This document shows, piece after piece, positions 38,757-50,910 of a stretch of 64,000 nt of DNA. Every line of letters starts with the position of its first letter. Position 1 is the first letter of the stretch. The stretch is from NCBI RefSeq assembly GCF_009914755.1, contig NC_060933.1; one strand, given 5' to 3'. Both the position numbers and the translations under genes were made by a program. The notes below the pieces were generated by a model. The model was given only the letters and a program-made list of their open reading frames with translations. It made no database searches and had not been told where the DNA came from. The DNA comes from the human T2T-CHM13v2.0 reference genome, Homo sapiens.

Positions 38757-41700
38757 TATGATGGGAATCCGCCCGTCAGCAACTTTTTGTATTGCCAAAC
38801 AGTAAGTGTGAGGCTGGCTGTGCCCCAGACTCACAGAGCTCTTTAGGCCCTTTTCTGGAGCATTTAGGAAAGTTATGAAAAGCAATGTGTACTCATAGTG
38901 TGAGTGCAGCCACAGAAGCTTGAGCTGCCCACAGTGGACACACAATCGCAGGGTCACAGTGGGGACGTGACAGCCCACACCCATGCATATGAGGCACTGC
39001 CTGATCAGCCCCACTGCCTGGAATCCCACAGCCAGGGCAGACATCCCTGACAGTTTCCATGGTGATGCCCTGGCACAGAGCACTGCCTCCCACACACACA
39101 GCTCACATAAGGTATGAACTTGGCTGGCCTCTGCCTGATGACCCTCCATGTCCAGCCCCGGGCCCTGGGCCAGGCTTATGGAGACATCCGTGGTCACAGT
39201 CCTGCCGCAGAGGCATCAAGGCTCAGTGAGAGCCACCTGTCGTTTGTGAATGCGTCTGTCCTTGGTGTGAGCCCATACGACATGGAGAGGCACCTTCAGT
39301 GTCTTGGGTAGGCAAGGAAGCAGAAGTGGGTGGAGGCCACGTGCTGAGGGATGCCCTGGGTGGGCAGGACCTGGGCGGGTTGTAGGAACAGCAGGAGCCC
39401 AGGCCTGGCTGAGGGGATCCACACAGGGCGTCTGAGTGTGGGACAGGGTCCTGGGGAGTCTAACCCCCGGGTTGGTGCCCTGACAGGAGAATGTTCTAGC
39501 TGGAAGAACCTGCAAGGCCATTGTTTAAAATGTTTTAACTTGTGGGAAGACACAGCTTGGAGATGGCCTTGGAGCAGGGCTTTGAGCAAATGCCGCCTCT
39601 TGAGCCTCACTTGGCTCTGGGCAGAGAGATCAGAGAAGCTGTCAGGCGCTGCTGGCCACACAGGCAATGCCCCTATTGGCCGCCTGCCTCCGTCACAGGC
39701 GAGAAGGTAATTGGGGCTCAGGGCCTCAGTCAGTGTCCGGGCATCTGCTGGACCAGGCTGTGGCCAGCAGACCCGCTGTGCCTCGATGGGTGCGCCCAGC
39801 TGGGTGGACAGCACCGCCTGCCCCACTCCCTTTACTTCCCCTGGCCCAGGGTTCAGCTGCCTCAGGTTCTGCAGCAGCCTGGGGAGCCAGGTACTCAGGG
39901 TCACAATTCCAGTTCTGGTCTCTTGTCTCTGTCCCTTACCCACACCAAGCCAGAGCTGGGCCCACGACAGACCACCAAACAACCACAGACCTCAGCTCCA
40001 GCCCAGGGCCTCCCTACGAACAGTGGATGTGGCCTGGCCTGGCCCTGTGTTCCTCACTGGTGTCTTCCTGTGAGCAAAAACAGCAGAGTTGAGACTAGGG
40101 TAGGAGCTGGGACAGCTCAGTGTCTGTGTCAAGCTGCACAGGGTGAATGTGGTGTGATGGAGGTGAGCTCAGTGTGCGTTTTACAAAGCACTCAAAAGCA
40201 AGTTCATTCTCTCATCAACAACAGTGATTTTTGCTACAGTATACCAAACTTCAACTTACTTCCTGAGCCCAATTTCTTCAGTGGTATAGTCCCTGTAAGC
40301 CCCTTTCCTAGGAGAAGCTACACCCAAGCCAGGAAGTTTTGCAAGGGGCCTTGCAGAATTCAAAGCCTTCCCTGATGGGCAAGCGTGGAGTTGCTCTTAA
40401 CAGAAACACAAAATGTCAGAATCCAAAAGGTCTCTTAGGGCCTCAGACCCACCATGGGTGACACACGAACCCCTCCAAGGAGCCAGCGAGGCATCTAAGG
40501 GCACCCTTGACAGGCCAGTGCCAGGGCCTCTTCTCAGGCACTGCCCCTCCTGGGACGAGGCCACGCCCTGTGTCCACCCTCGGGGCTCCAGGGCAGGGCT
40601 GGAGCAGAGGCATCAGGCCTCAGCCTGGCCACCCTCCTGTTGGAATAGCCCCAGGCAGTGCCTGCGCCTCACAGCCTGTGTCCCCTGCTGGGTCATTTCA
40701 AGCAGCTGATGAAACTGACTCGGTTTCATCAGGGCCTCTTACTGGGCTCCAATTCTGTGTAACTCAGCTGTGCCCCCCGTTCCTGGATGTGCAGCTCAAT
40801 TTGCTCAAGAAAAAATGCTGGAGGGGGCAGCCCCGTTGGCCCTTGGTGGAGACCACTTTCTGGGTCAACGCTGGTGTGTTTTGGGCGCTTTGGGGGTGAA
40901 GTCACTCGGTCAGATACTGAGGAAGCCACAGTTCTCCATGTTCCTGGAGAGACTTGGGCCCAGCTTTTCTGATATCCCGACATCCACAACGAAAACCTGA
41001 GCTCCCTTTTTTGGGTCAACCTGCGTGGTAACTTCATTCACAAAGGGGCGTGTGCATGGCCGAGAGAGCATCCCTCGCTACTCAGGTGGGCCTCTTGCCT
41101 CTCAGCTACTGCGTCATGCCTACAAATTCAGCCACACCTTGATGATGGGAGCTGGAGGGTTGGCCTCGACGGGCTGCGGACCTCAGCTCCATGGGAGCTG
41201 GTGCAGGGCCAGGACCCACCCCAAGTGCTCAGCTCAGTTCCATAGCTGGGAAGATTTGCCAGATAAAGGAAGCCAGTGGGACTCCCGGCACTGCCTCAGC
41301 CCTGAGCCACACTCACTGCTTCCAGAATTGTCCTCTGTCCCTTCACTGGGACCCGGTCCCACTGGTCCTCAGAGGCCAAGCTCTTGCTGTGCACCCAGCC
41401 CCGCAGGTACCTGTCCTCCCACATGGTTGTTCTTTGCTCCTTCAGCCCCTGCTGCCCCCTGCCCCATGGGCACGCCCTGTGTTGTTCTCAGCTACCATGC
41501 AGTGCTGCCCCTGGGTGCCGTGGCCAGGGTCCCCCTTCCGGGGTCAAGAGCAGGCAGTTCTGGGCTGAGGTGCACATCGGGGCTGCCCTTCCACTAATCA
41601 CTCCCACTTCCCAGCCTCTCTGGGTGCCCACCTGGAGAAGAGGTTTTTGCCGCCAGGTCAGTGATGCCCATTCCCCACCTAGTGTGCTTGGAGCCCCCAC

Positions 41701-41964
41701 TGTGGTCTTGGGTGTGAGAGAAACTGCAGAGGGAGCCCAGGCCGCCTCACCTGTGTCTTTGGAGCAAGGCCCATTCAACAGAGGTGCCGGGGGCTGCAGC
41801 ACAGCGAGTGAGAGTCCCTGTCACCCTCAAGCCAGCCCTGCCCTTGGGCTCCTGTGCCAAGCAGGACAGGTGCTGGGGGGACCTGCAGGTGGGCCAATGA
41901 ACGGGGACCACAAACCAGGCCACACAGCTGGAAGTGCCCGGCCAGAATTTGCACAGAGGCACTG

Positions 41965-42298
41965 GTGTCAGTTTGTTGGGGCTGCCAGAACAAAATACTA
42001 CCTGAGGCTGAAGTCTGAGATCAAGGTGTGGGTAGGGTTGGTTTATCCTGAGGCCTCACCTTGGCTTGGAGATGTCAGTTTCCTCCTTGTTTCCACACAT
42101 GGTCTTCCCTCTGTGTCTCTGTGTCCTCATCTCTTCTTATAAAGACACCAGTAAGATTGAATCAGGGCCCAACCTGAGACCTCATTTTAACTTAATGTCT
42201 CTTTAAAGGCCCTGTCTCCAAATATAGTCACATTCAGAGTTACTGGGAATTATATTTTCAACATACGAATTTGGGGGGACATAGTTCAGCCCATCACA
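41965..42298 (-). mobile_element. MLT1A/B MaLR solo LTR
   Basis: ggggctgcca.aacaaaatac...ggggggacatagttcagcccatcaca. Confidence 0.75.
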
Positions 42299-42369
42299 GC
42301 CTCCAATGCTTATGCCCAATCTGAGCCACCCCTTTCTTGCTTCTTCACCCCCAACCAGTTCAGTTCATC

Positions 42370-42688
42370 TTTTTCTTTCTTTCTTTTTTTTTTTTTTTTT
42401 TTTTTTGAGTTGGGATCTTGCTGTGCTCTCCAGGCTGGAGTGCAATGGTGTGATCACAACTCACTGTAGCCTTGACCTCCCAGGCTCAAGCGATCCTCCT
42501 ACCTAAGCCCCCCAAATATCTGGGACTACAGGCACGTGCCACCACATCAGCTAATTTTTTGGATTTTTGTTGAGACGGGGTCTCACTATGTCGCCCAGAT
42601 TGGTCTCGAACTTCTGGCCTCAAGCAACCCTCCCGCCTCAGCCTCCCAAAGTGCTGGAATTACATGTGCGAGCCACTGCGCCTGGGCC
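42370..42688 (-). mobile_element. AluJ
   Basis: ccaggctcaagcgatcctcc is AluJ-type. Confidence 0.9.
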
Positions 42689-42866
42689 TCCTTCTCCTTA
42701 AACCTGAAGAGTTTATGTTAAACTTTTTTTAAGCGTATGTTGTTTAGCATTTTCCTAAGGCAGTTTTGGACCCATACAAGTGGGGATAACCGCAATGAGT
42801 ATCCCTCCCCAGCTCCAGAAACCTCAGCCTGGTGCTGTTCTTATGGCCCCTCAGCCCCTAGCCCCG

Positions 42867-42867
<1 letters not shown>

Positions 42868-42897
<30 letters not shown>

Positions 42898-42910
42898 CAC
42901 ACACACACAC
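42868..42910. repeat. (AC)n microsatellite, ~21 units, one interruption
   Basis: seen directly. Confidence 0.95.
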
Positions 42911-43584
42911 CCCAATTTTCTGTAATATTTTAAAGCATATCCCAGACCTCTTTTTATTCTGCTCAGCTACAGTAATGGTAAGCTTATTTTAGGTAGTTTT
43001 CTTTTAAACAGGAAAAAAAAAAAAAAAGAAAGAAAAACACCTGCAGGCTTCAGTTTCCCTGACTGGAGAGGTTGAGATAAACATTTCTAGTGGCAGTTCC
43101 AGCTCTGACATCCTGGGGAACTCGATACATATCTTTGCCTTTTCCTAAAGTCTTCTTAACAGTGGTTTCGGCACCCATAACAAAGTGTCTCAAGGGAGGC
43201 ACCTCCTCCCCAGAGAGGAAATGCTGGGTGTGGACCAAGCTTCAAAAGCCCAGGAAGTTATTTCATCAAATGATGGGGCCTTTCCAGGGGTTGCAGGCTA
43301 TTGTAACAGGAAACGGTAATTAGCAACTTGCCAAACGCAGTCGGGGTTTTATGTACTGTGATGAGGCTTACGACCCAGGGACCAGTCACCCATCCCATTT
43401 TACAGGTGAGGAAACTGAGGCTCAGAAAGGAGAGGTGAGTCATCCAGGGTTGCAGGGCTGACAGGAGGCAGGAGACTGGGGTCTCTCCACCTGGCACTGT
43501 TCATAATCAGACAGGGAAACCAAGGCTGGACTGGGCAGCCCCAGGCTACACCTGCTCCAGCCTCCACACCACCCTCCTCTGTAG

Positions 43585-44010
<426 letters not shown>

Positions 44011-44543
44011 TCCCCCTAAAATGTTGCCATGCTTGTCTGCACACTCAGGCATGTGGGTGCACACCTATATTCATCCATGTGGCGTGCCTGGAGGGTGTGG
44101 CCCGCGGTGCCCAGTATAGAGCAGGCGCATGGCCACACGGCTCCAGTTGCAGACAGGGATGCCCCCGTCCCCAGGGCTGCAGGCCATGGCTGTGCTGCCC
44201 ACTGCCCACCCTAGTAAGTGCTGTGTTCCTCCAGCTGTGGCTCCTTTCAATAGTTTCTCAGATGCACCAGATAAAGTCATTGGCCAAGTTGTTCCAAACA
44301 TGAAGATCTTGATCCACTTAAAATCTTTACTCGGTGCCATGGGCACAGGCAGCCGCTGGGAGGTGAGGGAGGGAAGAGAGACGTGGCTGACTTGGCTCTT
44401 CACTTCATTCCCTTCTGCATGTTCCACTTTTTGCCTTGAGCCTGTGTGGCTTTTACAGTCACGAGAGCTGCCACTCCACTGCCGTGTGGGGTAGGGTGCA
44501 CACATGATTCAGAAGCTGATGGCATCTATTTGCCTCCTTATAG

Positions 44544-44666
44544 CTCGAGCCCAGAAAACTATCCTCTAAGACCAGACGTGACAAGGAGAAGCAGAGCTGT
44601 AAGAGCTGTGGTGAGACCTTCAACTCCATCACCAAGAGGAGGCATCACTGCAAGCTGTGTGGGGCG
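44544..44666 (+). CDS. FGD3: FGD3 coding exon (FYVE N-half; LEPRKLSS...[23 protein letters not shown])
   Basis: cttatag| and GCG|gtgagt; 123 nt, phase 0-0; RRHHC FYVE motif. Confidence 0.96.
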
Positions 44667-45419
44667 GTGAGTCCCGGGAGAGGGGGACAGGGACAGGAGG
44701 CCACCCTGTCCTCTGCTCTGACAGAGCAGCTGAGTCCTCACCAGCAGCACACCAGCCATGCACACCAGCCCTGCACGGAAGGGCTTCCTGATCCTGGCTC
44801 ATGGATATAGATACCCTTGAGTGCAAAACTGTCCTGTCCGAAGTAGAATCAAATCACTTTTCTCTGGTCAGCTCTGGTGTTCAACAAACACTACTTGTGG
44901 TTGAAAAAGTGCTGGATTTGGAACCAGAGAACCCCTAGCTGGGTGACCTTGAGAACAAGGAGATGATAGTCCTCATTCCTTGCAAGGTGTATTGGAGACG
45001 GGTGAAGGGTGTGGCTGTGCTGGAAGCTCCTACTGCTGGCCTTTGCCCCAGCGCTCCAGTGGTGCTGAAGGCCTGGTGGGCCCATGTGATGAGGCAATGC
45101 CTCCGACTGGCGCCCCAGCTGCACACCATCTCCATTCCCCTCACTCCAAAGCCCTTTCTCCTGAGAATGGAGAAAATTCAATGCTTAATGTTGAATGTAA
45201 AAGTATCCCTGAGGAAGGAACTGATCATTTAAGTATCTTTAGGTTAAGAGATTAAAGTTGAATCTGTGTTAGCAACTGGATCTCAGCACAGAATGCTTTG
45301 GAGGTGTTTTTCCAAAGGGCACCAGCAACCTGTGCCTGAAGCGGTTGATGTTGCTTGTCATACCTTTGCCACATGGCGGGGGGGCAGCAGGGGGGGGGGA
45401 ATAAGTAGATGAGTCCTTG

Positions 45420-45820
45420 GAAGGATGGATGATGGATGGGTGGGTGGGTAGAAGGATGGATGAATGGATGAGTGGTTGGAGAGGTGGGTGTATCAATAGG
45501 TAGATGGATGCGTGGATGGATGGATGAGGGGATGGATGGATAGGTGGGTAGTTAGATAAATGGCATATGGAAGTATGAATGGAAGTGGATATATAGGAAG
45601 TATAAATGGATGACTGGAGAATTGATGGATGGATGGATGGATGAACAGACGAATAGTTGGATGGCATACGGAAGTATGGGTGGATAGATGAATGGTTGGA
45701 TGGATGGATGAATGAATGAGTGGATAATGAATGGGTGGATGGATGGATGGATGGGTGGATGAAGGGATGATGGATGGATGGATGATGGATGGATGAATGT
45801 ATGGTAGAGGATGGATGGGC
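45420..45820. repeat. degenerate (GGAT)n simple repeat
   Basis: seen directly. Confidence 0.92.
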
Positions 45821-46714
45821 AGGCAAGTGGGAAATGTGATCTGTGCCTCTTAAAGAACTCTCAGTTTGGGACCCAGTTTGTACTCTAGAATTGGGGGATT
45901 TAACTCAAACCTGGTTTCCCCATCAGACCTGAGGAGAGAATCTGTTGCTTTAAGAGCCATCCTCAGAATACATGCCCAGGTCCCTGCTCAGCTCCAGGCT
46001 TCAGGCTTTGTGACTACTCAGGATCAGAAGCTGCAGCCTCCATTAATCTTCCTTGGAGTGAGCGTCCTCATGGCCAACCTGGACTTCCCCAGCAGAGGTG
46101 GCTCGGTGCCCTCAGTGACATCACTGCATCTCCGTGTCAGCCTGCTGGGGCTTAGCTTGGCTTTCATTGCCTTGGTTTGCCCGGTATTCCTGCTTCCTCA
46201 CACAAGAAGTGATAGAGAAAAGAGAAATTCCAAAAATAAAATGCTCATAAAAGGAGGACTCCAGAAGAGGGTGCCTTCCATCTACTTGAAAAGAGCAATC
46301 TCCCCTCTGCTGTGGCTCCTGAGACCTGCGATATGAGCTCAGTGTTTGAGTGCCATGGTCCCTTAGCAGCCAGTGCCTGCAGGTTTAGGTTCAAACTAGA
46401 ATTTCCCAAGGTTTGAACAAGGACCTCCAAGTCCTCTGCAACATTCAGTACGTGGGGCAGGATGGAACAGGAGAAGCAGATGCAGAAGTGGGTGTGGGTG
46501 GCCCTGAGACAGCAGGAGCCTCTTTGTGCTGGGAAAAGGATCCAGCAGAGGGAGGGAGACCGAGGCAGAGAGAGACAGGACCACCGATGGGATGCAGCTG
46601 CAGGGGCCAGAGGAGGGGGCACAAAGGGGCCTGCTGGGAGTGTCCAGGGTAGGAAAAGCTCTGGAAAAGTCACTGAGGAGCACTCCTTGGCTAAATTCCC
46701 ATGCTCCACCCATG

Positions 46715-47140
46715 CATCTGAATCACATTCCACTGTACAGACAGACCATGACAACTTCATCCATTCATCTGCCGATGGACACGGGTTGCTTCCAGCTTTT
46801 GGCTATTGTGAATAACGCTGCTATGGACATGAATGTACAAACATCCCTTCAGATCCTCCTTTCAGTTCTTGTGGGTACATACCCCGAGTGGAACTGTGGC
46901 ATCATATGGTAACTCTGTGTTTAACATTTTGAGGAACCACCCTACTGCTTCCCACAGAGGCTGTACCAGTTTACTTCCCACCAACAGTGCAAGGATTCCA
47001 ATTTCTCCACATCCGTGCCAACACTATTTTCTTTTTGTCGCTGTTGTCATTGTTTGTCTGGAAAATAGCCATGCTGAGGGGTGAGAGGTGGTTTCTGGTT
47101 ATGAATTTGATTTGCGTTTCCCTGATGGCCAGTGATGGGG
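46715..47140 (-). mobile_element. old L1M ORF2 end / 3' fragment
   Basis: ggctattgtgaataa.gctgctatg and tttgatttgcgtttccctgatg L1 motifs. Confidence 0.8.
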
Positions 47141-47438
47141 CATCTTCCCCTGTGCTTGGTGGCTCTTCACACTCTTCCTCCCACGCACACAAGACTCCTG
47201 GACTCTGGACCCTCCAGGACAGAAGGGTGGGTACCAGACGCCCAGCAGGGCCAGCCTTGCTCTCTGCCCTCAGACAGGGCTCCCCTCAAGGAGAAGCTCT
47301 TATCCCTCGCCACACGCCACACTGTGTTAAGTCTCCTCCCGCCCACTCCACCTCCCGCCCACTCTACCTCCTCTGGCATCTTCCTGGATAATCCTCTGTC
47401 CCAGGGTGCTGGGGTCACACGTGCCCTCTGTTTGGCAG

Positions 47439-47543
47439 GTCATCTGTGGGAAGTGCTCCGAGTTCAAGGCCGAGAACAGCCGGCAGAGCCGTGTCTGCAG
47501 AGATTGTTTCCTGACACAGCCAGTGGCCCCTGAGAGCACAGAG
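47439..47543 (+). CDS. FGD3: FGD3 coding exon (FYVE C-half; VICGKCSEFKAENSRQSRVCRDCF...ESTE)
   Basis: tggcag| and GAG|gtgggt; 105 nt, phase 0-0; CxxC and RVC motifs. Confidence 0.96.
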
Positions 47544-47947
47544 GTGGGTGCTCCCAGCTCCTGCTCCCCTCCTGGTGGCGCGGCAGAGCCTCCAGACACC
47601 TGCTCCTGTGCCCCAGCAGCTCCAGCTGCCTCTGCTTTCGGAGTGTCCCTGGGACCAGGATAGATGTGGGTGTGTCTCAGTGGGGCCCCCAGGCTGGGAA
47701 CACACTCGGAAGATCCCGTGTGTGCACGCTGGCTTCTCGGGACCAGCCAGGGCCAAGGCTTGGGAACCATTTGCATCCAGGAGTTAGATGGGAACAAGTG
47801 TCACTCCTGGTCACCTGGTTGGAGGGCATGGATTGAAGCTGCCCTCAAGTCCAGGCCTTGAGGCCCACCTGAGGGGAGATACTGCCCTTCTCTCTGCCTG
47901 CCTCACCTCCAGCTGTCAGAGGGTGAGCAGGGCCCTGGAGGCAGGCA

Positions 47948-48222
47948 CCCCCTCCTCCTCCTCCCCGTCCCCTTCTCCTCCTCCTCCCCGTCCCCTTCTC
48001 CTCCTCCTCCCCGTCCCCTTCTCCTCTTCCTCTCCCTCCTTCCTCTCCCTCCGCCTCGCTGTCTTTCTCCTTCTCCTCTCCCTCCTCCTCCTGCTCCTTC
48101 TCCTCCCCGTACCCTTTTTCTACTCTTCCCTCTCCTTCTCCTCCTCCTTTCTCTCCCTCCTCCTCCCCCTCCCCTTCTCCTCCTCTCTTTCTCTTCCTCT
48201 TTTCCTCCTCCACTCCTCTTTC
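47948..48222. repeat. CT-rich (CCT-like) polypyrimidine low-complexity tract
   Basis: seen directly. Confidence 0.92.
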
Positions 48223-48806
48223 TGAGAGTAGCTGCTGCTTTCCCTGACTTCCTTCCTCAAGAATACAGTCTATTCTGGGGGGTTGCAGGACAGCTGAAAA
48301 AGAAAACGTGAGTTTCCAGAAAAGCACATCGCCCTTTCTCTCCACTCGACACAGCCTGCGGTTTGCAGTGCCAGCTGCACGTTGGAGTCTCCTGGGAAGC
48401 TTCTAGTGTTGATCTCCCTCCTAGAGGCTCAGTGAGGTGATCGGGGGGTCAGTGTGTTTTCAGAGTCCCAGCTGCTCTGACTTACAGCTGTGGTTGGAGC
48501 CCTGACCTAGGTCCTTGGTCTAAGAAGTCAAGGATGTAAGTCTATTAGGACTGAGTGTTGAATGGTCTTGATGGTGAAGAAGGACCTTGCACTGCCTACC
48601 GAGCTCCCTCATGCCTGCAATTTAAATACCGAGGTGTGTTCTGAGAGCCCCAGGTCCTTGGGGCACGGGCCTCCAGGGCCCTGTAAGGTGGACTCTGGCC
48701 TCGAAGGGGGGCCCAGGTCTGAGGGGTCCAGCTCTGGCAGGGGGTGTCTAAGCCACGTCCAAATGGTGGACAGTAGCTCCAACAGTGACATGACAGAGGG
48801 AGGGCC

Positions 48807-48868
48807 TGTGTGTGTGGTGTGTGTGTGTGTGCTGTGTGTGCACGCACGTGCATGTATATGGTGTGTGT
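48807..48868. repeat. imperfect (TG)n repeat
   Basis: seen directly. Confidence 0.8.
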
Positions 48869-49210
48869 AGAACTGACACGCTTGAAGTCCCTGTCCCGTG
48901 ACCCACCCTCAGGTACTTGCTGTTGGGTTTTCCTATGATTTTGATGTGTCCTGACCCAGCATATGGATGCCCTCCCCTTGGAGGGCCCAGCCTGCAAACC
49001 CCATCTGATACCACACATGCCTATGTCCTGCAGGCTTCTAGTGACCCTTGCAAGCCGGGTGAGGCTGGTCCCAGTCTCTGTGCAGATCTTGGCCATGTCT
49101 CCACAGCCAGCTCCCCCCAAGCAGTGGCCCTGGCCCTACCCCAGCCTCCTCAGAACAGGGGTGACCACTGCAGGGGAGACTGCCCCTAACCTGTGTCTTT
49201 GTGTCCCCAG

Positions 49211-49351
49211 AAGACACCCACTGCAGACCCCCAGCCCAGCCTGCTCTGCGGCCCCCTGCGGCTGTCAGAGAGCGGTGAGACCTGGAGCGAGGTGTGGGCC
49301 GCCATCCCCATGTCAGATCCCCAGGTGCTGCACCTGCAGGGAGGCAGCCAG
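49211..49351 (+). CDS. FGD3: FGD3 coding exon (PH2 start; KTPTADPQPSLLCGPLRLSESGETWSEVWAAI...GGSQ)
   Basis: ccccag|AAG NAGNAG acceptor and CAG|gtacgt donor; 141 nt, phase 0-0. Confidence 0.95.
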
Positions 49352-50007
49352 GTACGTGTCCCCACCCCACCAGGCCCTCAGGCCAGCAGCCCAGAGCCTC
49401 AGGCCTGAGGCACCCACAGCAGGCCTGTGCCACCAGCTGGGGTCCACCTGCTTGAGCAGTGTTACCTGGGGCCTCAGTTTCCCCGGCAGCGCAGGATTCC
49501 CTCTGCTTGCCAGTCACAGGAGACAGAACCTACTGGCACCTGGGTGGACCCCAGAGCCAGCCAGGGTGCAAGGAGGGGTGGGCCAAGGGGGCACAAAGGG
49601 TGGCCAGGAGCCACAGAACCTGTCAGGGGAGACTCAGGAACCCACACAGCCCTGGCCCGGCCCCTTGGAGCCCCAGTTGCTACTCTGTCACAGGGGCTGG
49701 CCTGTCCTGCCTCGCCTCCCCAGGGGCCAGACAGCCCAAAGAAGGCCATGGAGTCTGGGGGTCTGGTGAGGTGGGCAAGGCATCCCCCTCCCTATATCTC
49801 CCTCGGGAAGAACCAGTGGATGCCCCCACCGACCGTCCTCCTGTTGACAAAAGGCAGTGCAGGCACAGCCACCAGACCCCTCGGGCTCAGCACCTGCCTT
49901 GCGTTGCAAGGGTCTGGGAGTGGCCTCCTGGGAGAGGCCCCCATCACTGAGGTGAGCCCGAGGCCGGGAAGCTGTGGCCCCGCTGACCATCTGCTCCTCT
50001 GCTGCAG

Positions 50008-50259
50008 GACGGCCGGCTGCCCCGCACCATCCCTCTCCCCAGCTGCAAACTGAGTGTGCCGGACCCTGAGGAGAGGCTGGACTCGGGGCATGTGTGGAAG
50101 CTGCAGTGGGCCAAGCAGTCCTGGTACCTGAGCGCCTCCTCCGCAGAGCTGCAGCAGCAGTGGCTGGAAACCCTAAGCACTGCTGCCCATGGGGACACGG
50201 CCCAGGACAGCCCGGGGGCCCTGCAGCTTCAGGTCCCTATGGGCGCAGCTGCTCCGTGA
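50008..50259 (+). CDS. FGD3: FGD3 last coding exon (PH2; DGRLPRTIPLP...QQQWLETL...MGAAAP*)
   Basis: ctgcag| acceptor; TGA at 50257-50259; matches the C-terminus of ORF track 50056..50259. Confidence 0.96.
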   Translation, partial: DGRLPRTIPLPSCKLSVPDPEERLDSGHVWKLQWAKQSWYLSASSAELQQQWLETLSTAAHGDTAQDSPGALQLQVPMGAAAP

Positions 50260-50910
50260 GCTGAGTCTCCCACTGCCCTGCACACCACCACATTGGACCT
50301 GTGCTGTCCTGGGAGGTGGTGTTGGAGGCCCCATGAAGAGCGCCCTGGACTGCTGAGGGTGGGCCAACAGCCCAGAGCTCAGGACACTTGGCTTTGGGGG
50401 GAAGGAAACTGAGGCCCAGAGAGGGGCAACCACTGGCCAAGGGTCACCCAGCAAGTTTTGGCTAAGAGCCTGGCCTCCAGCCCCAGCAGTGTGGCCCAGA
50501 GCAGGGGCCGACTGCCAAAGTAACCATCATCCATATGGGCCGTGTGGTGATGCTGGCCCGGAAGGCAGAAAGAGGCAGCATGGGCACTGCCAGGGACAGC
50601 CACATCCTGCTGGTCTGCAGCGTGGTCCACCCCGCCTCTGCCCAGCCTGTCTACACCGTGTGAGCTGAATCGTGACTTGCTTCCCACCTCCTTTCTCTGT
50701 CCTCTCCTGAGGTTCTGCCTGCAGCCCCCAGGAGGTGGGCCTGCCCCATCCTAGCTGGACTCATGGTTCCTAAATAACCACGCTCAGAAGCTCTGCTAGG
50801 ACTTACCCCAGCCACTGAGTGGCAGGCGCATGAGATTTGTGGCTGTTCCTGATGCTAGTGGCACACAGTGCTTATCTGCATAAATAAACACTGGCCACCA
50901 GCAGTGGGCG
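50260..50910 (+). other. FGD3: FGD3 3' UTR (end approximate)
   Basis: lies between the stop codon and the AATAAA at 50883. Confidence 0.8.
50883..50888 (+). terminator. FGD3: polyadenylation signal AATAAA
   Basis: first canonical hexamer I see after the stop; CA dinucleotides 10-20 nt downstream. Confidence 0.85.

Noticed and set aside
39542-42142. 277-aa and 252-aa intronic ORFs
   Set aside because: GC-rich stop-poor DNA open in several overlapping frames, no domain; the second runs into an MLT1 LTR
45269-45826. His/Pro/Ser-rich 185-aa ORF
   Set aside because: translation of the (GGAT)n simple repeat
47761-47776. TGGGAA plus octamer ATTTGCAT as a B-cell enhancer
   Set aside because: an isolated 8-mer is expected about twice by chance in 64 kb; no other support
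47788-48345. Leu/Ser-rich and Glu/Gly-rich ORFs
   Set aside because: translation of the CT-rich low-complexity tract
48963-50053. 268-aa and 208-aa ORFs overlapping FGD3 exons in other frames
   Set aside because: shadow ORFs of GC-rich sequence spanning introns; no independent support
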